IMG/VR virus record: IMGVR_UViG_3300027707_001276
Location: 1-41,767 of that record
From: a virus
Lineage: Duplodnaviria; Caudoviricetes
DNA length: 41,767 nucleotides
Reading direction: 5' to 3' (one strand)
Shown: one piece after another, positions 28,365 to 35,779 of the stretch
Layout of the letters: each line of letters opens with the position of its first letter
Position numbering within the stretch: the stretch's first letter is position 1
Made by a program: the position numbers and the translations under genes
Notes under the pieces: model-generated
Told to the model about the DNA's origin: nothing
The model's database searches: none
The model's input: the letters and a program-made list of their open reading frames with translations, nothing else

Positions 28365-29096
28365 TTGGAAGCCAGGGTAATCAAGGATTACGATCCGAAT
28401 AATCACAATATCACAGAAGATCTACTGTACGATACCAACGACTGGGATCTTGTTGAACTAAATTATGATGTTAACAGTGTTGATTTAAAAACCTGGTGGG
28501 ATGATCTAATAACTCAATTCCCAGAAACTATTTTTAATTTTAATAAGAACCACGATCTCTTAAATCTTGAAAAAAGCAAAGAGATGGTCGAGACTGGCTA
28601 TTGTGGTTATTACTGCGGCCCTATTGACGGTGTCACAGTAGCTTGGCCCATTGAACGATATGAACCATTGCCGCCGCCTGTTCAGTGTAATCCAGAACTA
28701 TACCCCGAAGTCAACATGGATTCATTTATAGATGATGCTGTTATTATGCCTAAGTTCTGTTTTGGATATTTTAAAGATCTCGTAGAAGCGTTGGGGAGAG
28801 ACGCATTTAGGCAAGTGGTAACATCCCGACATTATCCGGGTATGTATATTAAACAACACATTGACAGTAAAAGATTAAAATTACACATTCCTATAGAAAC
28901 ACCAGACGGTTCTTATTTTCATTTTGGTAAAGACCGAGATAGAAAATATCATATGAAATTGGGGAAAATATACATCCTCAATACAGGCGATTGGCACGGA
29001 ACATCTAATGACACCGAACAATGCCGAACTCATATTATTACCAGGATAACTAGAAATCATGTTTTGAAAGTTATCGAGATGTCTAACAATGATTGA
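28365..29096 (+). CDS. Asp/Asn beta-hydroxylase-like 2OG-Fe(II) oxygenase
   Basis: PGMYIKQHID, KLHIPI, LNTGDWHGTSN...RTHII; AGGAG RBS, TTG start. Confidence 0.8.
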   Translation: MEARVIKDYDPNNHNITEDLLYDTNDWDLVELNYDVNSVDLKTWWDDLITQFPETIFNFNKNHDLLNLEKSKEMVETGYCGYYCGPIDGVTVAWPIERYEPLPPPVQCNPELYPEVNMDSFIDDAVIMPKFCFGYFKDLVEALGRDAFRQVVTSRHYPGMYIKQHIDSKRLKLHIPIETPDGSYFHFGKDRDRKYHMKLGKIYILNTGDWHGTSNDTEQCRTHIITRITRNHVLKVIEMSNND

Positions 29097-29529
29097 TATT
29101 AAGGTTTATTCTAAAAAAAACTTTGAGGAGACTGGATTTACAGACACTAATGTAAGTCGGTTAACCGACAATTTTTTTATCTGTATTAATGCAACTGGAC
29201 ACGTACACAGTACACCACATTTTACAAAATCGTATCCTAGCATACTTAATTGTTATTTTGATGATGTTGAACACGATCAAGTTAAATTTGATACTATATT
29301 CAACATAGAATTTAATGCTCGTGCGTGTACACTAGAGCAAGCAGTTGAAATAAAAAATTTTATAGATGCTGTGCCCGACGAGTCTAAACTGCATATCTAT
29401 TGTTCTAAAGGCAAATCTAGAAGTCCTGCTGTGGCGAAATTTGTAGAAGAATATAAAAATAATAAAACCGTTGAATATGAAAATTATAATCAACACGTTT
29501 ACACTATTTTAAAATCCTTGATATGCTGA
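29089..29529 (+). CDS. Cys-based protein-tyrosine-phosphatase-like protein
   Basis: YCSKGKSRS (CX5R) and FDD acid loop. Confidence 0.75.
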   Translation: MIDIKVYSKKNFEETGFTDTNVSRLTDNFFICINATGHVHSTPHFTKSYPSILNCYFDDVEHDQVKFDTIFNIEFNARACTLEQAVEIKNFIDAVPDESKLHIYCSKGKSRSPAVAKFVEEYKNNKTVEYENYNQHVYTILKSLIC

Positions 29530-30119
29530 ATTTTAAAATAAAATTACTCGATAATGTAGTGTTCGACCAGAGCGAGCTAATCTCTTATTATGATAAAATT
29601 AACAAAGATTATCAACACATGAGATGGACCCCTGGAAATAATATTGATACAAAAACACATTCTGTAAATGAGATGTATAGTTGGGCTGTACAAAGCAATT
29701 TAAAAGATCCAACAAAGCCTTGTCCGCCGTATCATATAGACACCGGTGAAGAAATAAGCGAAGCAGATAATTGTCAAGTGCCTACGGAATTAATTTTTGG
29801 GTTCGGTAAAAAAATTATAGATACATTTCCTGAAGCAAGGCAATTAGGAATATCCGGTCACCCACCAAATACCAAAATAGAGTTGCATCCAGACAACGAT
29901 GAATTTTTAAAAATACACATACCTATAATAACCAATCCAGATGCATGGTTCTTGTATGAAGATGAAAAATTTAACATGCAGGTAGGTAATGCTTATCTAG
30001 TGAATACAACTATACTGCACGGCACATATAATCAAGGCTCAACTGATAGGATTCATATGATTTTTAAATTTCCGGCAGCACAGTTAGAAACAATCTTGAC
30101 AGGAATGTACAGTATATGA
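29523..30119 (+). CDS. Asp/Asn beta-hydroxylase-like 2OG-Fe(II) oxygenase
   Basis: LHPD, KIHIPI, VNTTILHGTYN...RIHMI. Confidence 0.82.
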   Translation: MLNFKIKLLDNVVFDQSELISYYDKINKDYQHMRWTPGNNIDTKTHSVNEMYSWAVQSNLKDPTKPCPPYHIDTGEEISEADNCQVPTELIFGFGKKIIDTFPEARQLGISGHPPNTKIELHPDNDEFLKIHIPIITNPDAWFLYEDEKFNMQVGNAYLVNTTILHGTYNQGSTDRIHMIFKFPAAQLETILTGMYSI

Positions 30120-30850
30120 TCCGAATACCACCAAGCGAACTGGATTTTAATATTTTAGATGTATCCGGAACACACATCCCCGGATATAAACCTTACATCA
30201 TTGAATTTCCTATTATCGATACTGGTTGGAAAATTAAACCGTGGTTTAAAATTGATCTTGAAAAATTAAGAAGCTGGTACGAGGACTTGGAAAAAAACTA
30301 CGGAGATTGGAAATTTATTCATGGCGAACATAAATGGATGTGGAAAGAAGATCCCAGCGATCCAACCGGTGAAACTGGACACAAATTTATGCCTGATAGT
30401 GCCTGGTATAATTTAAGTTGGAACCCACCCGATAGACAAGGAGTATTACCTCCAGAACGTAGTAATGCTAAACCGGAATTCAAAGATACAGAAGAAGATG
30501 TTCCTGAATTATTTCCGAGAGAGTGTTTCAACGGATACATGTTGGAAGTTGGGGAAGAAATTGCCAGCAAGGTACGAACCAAAAAAGTAATTGTTAGCAT
30601 ACTAACACCCGGAACAATACTGCACACACATCAAGACGCTCCAGATAAATTTCGATTTCATATTGCCTTGTATACCAATGACGATGCATATTGGATCATT
30701 GATGGTGAACGTATTCAGATTCCCGCAGATGGTTGGGTTTATCTCGTAAATACTTCGTACCCACACTCTTTATACAACGAAGGCAGTTCTCCAAGTATTA
30801 AGATTTATGGAAAAATCTATACCGAGGATGTACTTAAATTGGATCTATAA
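30116..30850 (+). CDS. Asp/Asn beta-hydroxylase-like 2OG-Fe(II) oxygenase
   Basis: PGTILHTHQD, RFHIAL, VNTSYPHSLYN. Confidence 0.8.
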   Translation: MIRIPPSELDFNILDVSGTHIPGYKPYIIEFPIIDTGWKIKPWFKIDLEKLRSWYEDLEKNYGDWKFIHGEHKWMWKEDPSDPTGETGHKFMPDSAWYNLSWNPPDRQGVLPPERSNAKPEFKDTEEDVPELFPRECFNGYMLEVGEEIASKVRTKKVIVSILTPGTILHTHQDAPDKFRFHIALYTNDDAYWIIDGERIQIPADGWVYLVNTSYPHSLYNEGSSPSIKIYGKIYTEDVLKLDL

Positions 30851-31395
30851 TGTTACTAGCAATTCTAATATCGTTGGCCTACTCAGTTTTTACTATTTTT
30901 ATATGTATAAAATATATACATCCGAGAGCGCATCAAGGAAAGAATTATCAAGAAACATTTAAAACAGTATTATATAGGTTTTGGTTTTGGTTTTCAACCG
31001 GTTTAAAATATAATGAATGGGCGGCAATACATCGCCATAATCACACACATGCTGAGCAAAAATGGAAAAATGGAAAGCCAGAGAGCAGAATTATTAGAAG
31101 CTTTATGTATAACCATCAGAAAGTTAATAAAGATTTAGTAGAAGAATACGGAATAGAAGTTCCGTATTCTTGGTTGGATAAGAATGTGTATTATCGATTT
31201 TCTTTTGTCGGGCCTATACTAAATTTATTGCTACTTTTCTTGTTATTAGGTTTTTGGGGAATTATTCCTTGGATAACTAATTTAGGCTGGACGATACTTT
31301 TAAAGTCTGAATCAGTTAACGCTGATGTTATACGCAACTATAGTGTTAATGAATTTTTAATTATCTTTAAAGAATCCGGAAATTATTATGAATAA
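30850..31395 (+). CDS. truncated or degenerate membrane fatty-acid desaturase-like protein
   Basis: HPRAH and WAAIHRHNH boxes plus transmembrane stretches; third His box absent. Confidence 0.6.
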   Translation: MLLAILISLAYSVFTIFICIKYIHPRAHQGKNYQETFKTVLYRFWFWFSTGLKYNEWAAIHRHNHTHAEQKWKNGKPESRIIRSFMYNHQKVNKDLVEEYGIEVPYSWLDKNVYYRFSFVGPILNLLLLFLLLGFWGIIPWITNLGWTILLKSESVNADVIRNYSVNEFLIIFKESGNYYE

Positions 31396-32917
31396 GAAAA
31401 AAATTATTATAGTAGGCGGCGGAACAGCAGGATGGATTAGTCTTGCCTATCTCGCAGCAACTACAGATGCCGAGTTAGTGATTATTCATAGTGATGAGGT
31501 TGATAGTTTAGGAGTCGGGGAAAGCACAACTCCTACAGTTAAACACGTGGCTGAGGCCTGCGGAATTGACGAAGCTACTTGGATGAAAGATGGCAAAGCC
31601 ACTTTTAAATATGGCATTGAGTTTTTAAATTTTAACAAGCCCGGAAGTCGTTGGTTACACACATTTGATGATTTACTTCCAGGACAATCCTTTCACACAC
31701 CAACCACAGAGTTTGGTAAAAATATTTTTAAGAAAGAAATTAGCAGTGTGGAATATTTCCTAACTAAACGTGCTCAGGGATTGGCCGGACATGACATTGA
31801 CTGGTTCAATGACAGTCAAGGTGGCTGCGAATTTTTACTTAAAAATAAACTAAGCCCGTACACACAACAAGGTAATGCTAATTTTAGCAAGTTTCCAGGT
31901 TATAGCTATCATATCAATGCTATGGAGTTTGGCAACAGTTTAAAAAGTCATACTCCGAAAGAAAGATACACAGAAATACGTGCTCACGTAGAAGGAGTTG
32001 AGTACGATGAAAACGGTGTAAAAAATATTGTACTTAAAGATGGCACAAAGATGTCCGCTGATTTGTATATTGATTGTACCGGGTTCCGTAGATTATTAAT
32101 CGGTGAGATGACCAAGTTTAATCCGTACGTCGGATTACTTAATAATGCTGCTATCTGGGGACCTGTAAAAGAACAAGTATACAGACCCAGTACTATAAGT
32201 GACGCCCAGCCGCACGGATGGATATGGGAAACGCCTACTTGGGGACAGATCGGATCCGGTTATGTTTTTAGTGATGATTTTATTACATTAGAGCAAGCAG
32301 AGGATCACATTAGAAATCATTGGAAGAAGAAAGGCATGGAGTGGAACCCTCTCAAGTCTGTCAAGTTTACCAGTGGACGATTAGAAAATATAGCAGTTAA
32401 AAATGTTGTTGTCAACGGTCTCGGTCAAAGCTTCATCGAACCACTCGAAGCCACAGCTATTATGATTACCTGTGTTACCATCCGTAATGTATCAAAGATG
32501 TTTAACAAGCACAGCGGGTGGAGCGAAAAAAGTAGTAGAATTTTAAGTACAGTGATGGAACGATTCCTTGAAGAAACCAAAGAGTTTGTGCTAGGTCATT
32601 ACACACTAACTGATCGAACAGAAACTGACTATTGGCGTGCCTACCACAACACAGATATTTTAGAATACATGGCCAAGATGATTGAAAAGAAATTAGAAAA
32701 AGAATGGGTCAGCCACGGTGAAACTAATCTCAATGGCTACAACTGGGCTAGTATGTTGATAGGCTACGATAAACCGTATCTTGGAAAATTGCCTAAGATA
32801 GAAGCATGGCAGATGGACAACTATGAATTTTATACCAAGCAACTAGTTGAAAATTATCGTCACCTATACAGTAAAAACTTATCTATCGAAGATAGATTAA
32901 AACGTATTCACTCTTAA
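31388..32917 (+). CDS. flavin-dependent (tryptophan halogenase family) halogenase
   Basis: GGGTAGW, GVGESTTP, ATFKYGI, DCTGF, GWIWETP, FIEPLEAT. Confidence 0.9.
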   Translation: MNKKKIIIVGGGTAGWISLAYLAATTDAELVIIHSDEVDSLGVGESTTPTVKHVAEACGIDEATWMKDGKATFKYGIEFLNFNKPGSRWLHTFDDLLPGQSFHTPTTEFGKNIFKKEISSVEYFLTKRAQGLAGHDIDWFNDSQGGCEFLLKNKLSPYTQQGNANFSKFPGYSYHINAMEFGNSLKSHTPKERYTEIRAHVEGVEYDENGVKNIVLKDGTKMSADLYIDCTGFRRLLIGEMTKFNPYVGLLNNAAIWGPVKEQVYRPSTISDAQPHGWIWETPTWGQIGSGYVFSDDFITLEQAEDHIRNHWKKKGMEWNPLKSVKFTSGRLENIAVKNVVVNGLGQSFIEPLEATAIMITCVTIRNVSKMFNKHSGWSEKSSRILSTVMERFLEETKEFVLGHYTLTDRTETDYWRAYHNTDILEYMAKMIEKKLEKEWVSHGETNLNGYNWASMLIGYDKPYLGKLPKIEAWQMDNYEFYTKQLVENYRHLYSKNLSIEDRLKRIHS

Positions 32918-33516
32918 AATCCAACACTCTTTTTTCGTTCTTCGAAATACCGATCAACGTTAAACTTCCAAATACTTTGTTTAGTGTTGAATAATTCAAA
33001 TTCTTCATAGGCCTTGATAAACACTCCTCGTTTGACTAGCATTGGTGCAATTTTTTGATCTATAAATTGACTCCTAGCAAAAGTTTCAGCATTGGGTGTA
33101 TTTGTACTTGCAAATATTTCAGCCTTGGGATCGTGAGACAATACGAACTCTATCTGCATTCCTATCATATAGCTTATCTGATATCCTAATTTAAAAATAT
33201 CTAAAGTTAATCCCTCTCCAAGCCGATATCCAGGAAGCTGTGCCCCTCTAAAAAATACACGCCAAGCATGCTCGTGTACTTCAGGAAGATGATGCACTCC
33301 TAGCAAATTCCAGATGCAATCGTTGTCAGTATCATACCCTATAAAATACTGACCGTAAGGCATTTTCATTTTGTCGAGTTTAATCGACTCAAAGCTGTCA
33401 TTATTTTTTAAACCTTTTTCTTTAAAATAATCGCAAAACTTTTGTAGAGAAGGATAGTCTGCTTCTTCTAGCAGTCTAAACACAAGGTTTGGTTTTCCAG
33501 GTACTGTTAGTTGCAT
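32914..33516 (-). CDS. hypothetical protein, possibly a GNAT-like fold
   Basis: Coupled to the adenylation gene; fold guess is weak. Confidence 0.6.
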   Translation of the reverse strand: MQLTVPGKPNLVFRLLEEADYPSLQKFCDYFKEKGLKNNDSFESIKLDKMKMPYGQYFIGYDTDNDCIWNLLGVHHLPEVHEHAWRVFFRGAQLPGYRLGEGLTLDIFKLGYQISYMIGMQIEFVLSHDPKAEIFASTNTPNAETFARSQFIDQKIAPMLVKRGVFIKAYEEFELFNTKQSIWKFNVDRYFEERKKSVGF

Positions 33517-34132
33517 TAATTTTTCTTCGTAAAAACTTCTTTGTTGTAATATCAAAAATATCGTTTGTATAATGACCGTTGATCACACATTCACCTTCAT
33601 CGGTAAACTCTACAGTATACCCGTCTTTAGGTGTGAAATCAAATGCTTCTGAGTTATATCCTACAAACACAGGTGGCGGCATCTCGGTCATACCATACCA
33701 ATTAGCCACTAGTTGGACTCCCCTTGCTCTAAATGAATCAATCATCTCTTGAGAGCACAGTCCGCTGCCCACTACCATGTAACGTACTGAACTCATGTCA
33801 AAGTTATCCCAACCTTTGGTTTTAGATAGTATTTCCCAGTGCCTAGGAACTAGACTAATATATGTAGGCTGATATTTATTAAACAACTTAATGTATGAAT
33901 ACGGATCAAAGTTGGCAGTAATTAGTTTTGCGCCCGCATACTGCGCCGGCATTGCTGTCACAGTATAGTGGGCAATAGTATTTCCTGGGAACACATCTAA
34001 CACCACATCATCTTTAGTAAGACCAATTTCGGTGATTGAGTTTAAAGCAAATCGTTTGATATCCTCCCAAGTATATGATATTTCCTTGGGTTCTTTAGTT
34101 GTTCCAGAAGTATGTAATACTAGACCGTTCAT
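33476..34132 (-). CDS. minimal adenylate-forming (AMP-binding, ANL superfamily) enzyme
   Basis: HTSGTTKEPK (A3 P-loop) and WYGMTE (A5); only 218 aa. Confidence 0.8.
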   Translation of the reverse strand: MNGLVLHTSGTTKEPKEISYTWEDIKRFALNSITEIGLTKDDVVLDVFPGNTIAHYTVTAMPAQYAGAKLITANFDPYSYIKLFNKYQPTYISLVPRHWEILSKTKGWDNFDMSSVRYMVVGSGLCSQEMIDSFRARGVQLVANWYGMTEMPPPVFVGYNSEAFDFTPKDGYTVEFTDEGECVINGHYTNDIFDITTKKFLRRKINATNSTWKTKPCV

Positions 34133-34962
34133 ATCAATGTTAATAGTAAATCAGTCATTTCTTGATTAATTCCTTTACCGCCGTGCCCAGTATATGTGCC
34201 ATCATCTTTTAAATAAACGTCACGACTAAAACAGTAATTCAAATCTTCAATATGTGATTCTCTATTAACACTAGGAATGTTGTTTGCTAGTACAACTCGG
34301 TCCTCATTGTAAAAAGACATCTCTACCAGCTTGATGTTCAAGCGGTGGCAGGTACTTCTTAAAAAGTTAATGTACATTGTAGATTCTTGAACATAGAAAT
34401 CTGTTTTTTCAAGTTCTTCAAAGGCTGCATAATGATGTGGCCATTGTTCTTTGCTGGCTTTAAACTTTGACTTATAAAGGAGATAGTTTCCGTTTGAATA
34501 GAAATTGTAAGCATCTGGAAAATGCTCAATTACCAGAACCTTAGGAAGATGCATGTTTGTTTGTAAGAAATTAAAAAACGACATGGCTTGTAGTTTAACT
34601 CCGTATATAGGCCCAGAAAAGTTTATGAAATCTAATCCCAATGATGCACTAACTTTTTCAGTAAACCGATCCTCTTCGTTGAGCCCACAGCCTAATGTAA
34701 AACTGCTGCCACCAAAGTATATGTAATCTCCCTTAACGTCTTGCACGTTTTTCTTCATTCGTAATCCCTGTTCATTAAAATTATAAATCACAGGAGTATT
34801 GTGGTACATCCAATTAGCCGGAATTTCAGTTTGATTTTTTTCAAACAGTGGTTTCGAGTCGCTGCCGTAAAAATCCCATACAGCATCATTTGGTAACGAT
34901 GTATGTTTAAAAGGCCAATAATCTTGAGCCAGGGGAATAATTGTATCTACAATCGGTTTCAT
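34129..34962 (-). CDS. SGNH-like protein, related to 11864-12643
   Basis: YNFNEQGLR, FGGSSFTLG, INFSG, SRD...GHGG. Confidence 0.6.
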   Translation of the reverse strand: MKPIVDTIIPLAQDYWPFKHTSLPNDAVWDFYGSDSKPLFEKNQTEIPANWMYHNTPVIYNFNEQGLRMKKNVQDVKGDYIYFGGSSFTLGCGLNEEDRFTEKVSASLGLDFINFSGPIYGVKLQAMSFFNFLQTNMHLPKVLVIEHFPDAYNFYSNGNYLLYKSKFKASKEQWPHHYAAFEELEKTDFYVQESTMYINFLRSTCHRLNIKLVEMSFYNEDRVVLANNIPSVNRESHIEDLNYCFSRDVYLKDDGTYTGHGGKGINQEMTDLLLTLI

Positions 34963-35711
34963 TCTATGTGCATCCTTGTGTTTAATAGTTTTGTTATAGC
35001 TTCCGGAGTTGGATTGTTGTGGAGCATCCACCAATCTTGATCGTCGTTGTTCCAAGCAGCGTGTAAGATGCCTGTGTTTAAGAGGTATGTTTTTCCTGCT
35101 TCTAATTTGTATTGACGGGTAATATCTGTTAGATCACTGTCGTAATTAAAAAAATGATCAGGCCCAATACTAGGAACTGTGTGCATCCTTATTAAGAATG
35201 GTTGTCCTGCACCTGTGTCTTTGTGAGTTCTTAGCCCACATCCCTTAGGGAATCTAACTAATCGCGCTACTTCAAAAACATCAGGACCTAGCAGATCATA
35301 ATATCTTTTCCAAAATCCGAACATGAATTTTTCAAGAGGTCGATTCCATGTGCTGTCAAAGCCTGATTCATAAACTTCAGGATATAGTTTTCTAGAAGCA
35401 ACACCTTTGAATGGCAGCACTCCTTCTCGTTGATAACTCCACTGAAGCATCCACTGTTCTGGCTGTTCTGTTTGTGTTCTTATCAGCTGGTCGTCTCGAG
35501 TCTTAATGAAGTATTCTAATCTTTCTTCATCGACATACTGATCAACATCCGACCATGCCCATACACAATCTTGATTTTTTATCTGTACTTCGTTGACCCA
35601 TTCCATAGCAGCGGCAATATCTACTGTGATGTTTAATTCGATTAAGTCCCAGTCATTGTTTTGTAAATCCCCAAAAGTGAGACCTGTTGGGTCTTTAATA
35701 AAACGAGCCAT
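34959..35711 (-). CDS. Asp/Asn beta-hydroxylase-like 2OG-Fe(II) oxygenase, paralog of 28365-29096
   Basis: NDWDLIELN shared with 28365; THKD, RMHTVP, LNTGILHAAWN. Confidence 0.8.
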   Translation of the reverse strand: MARFIKDPTGLTFGDLQNNDWDLIELNITVDIAAAMEWVNEVQIKNQDCVWAWSDVDQYVDEERLEYFIKTRDDQLIRTQTEQPEQWMLQWSYQREGVLPFKGVASRKLYPEVYESGFDSTWNRPLEKFMFGFWKRYYDLLGPDVFEVARLVRFPKGCGLRTHKDTGAGQPFLIRMHTVPSIGPDHFFNYDSDLTDITRQYKLEAGKTYLLNTGILHAAWNNDDQDWWMLHNNPTPEAITKLLNTRMHIE

Positions 35712-35716
35712 GAAAA

Positions 35717-35762
35717 ATCCCTAAGTTAGTAACAGGTATTTATTGTTACTAATCTTAGGGAT
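35717..35762 (-). promoter_or_regulatory. 18-bp hairpin with a late promoter in the loop and the RBS in the stem
   Basis: Minus strand ATCCCTAAG-A-TTAGTAACA-ATAAATACC-TGTTACTAA-CTTAGGGAT-TTTTC-ATG. Confidence 0.7.
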
Positions 35763-35779
35763 ACTGTATTATGATATGG

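Noticed and set aside
10879-35711. Classical RiPP or lasso-peptide cluster (radical SAM plus AsnB-like cyclase)
   Set aside because: No precursor ORF fits in the near-zero intergenic space, and no RRE/PqqD, leader peptidase or exporter is visible.
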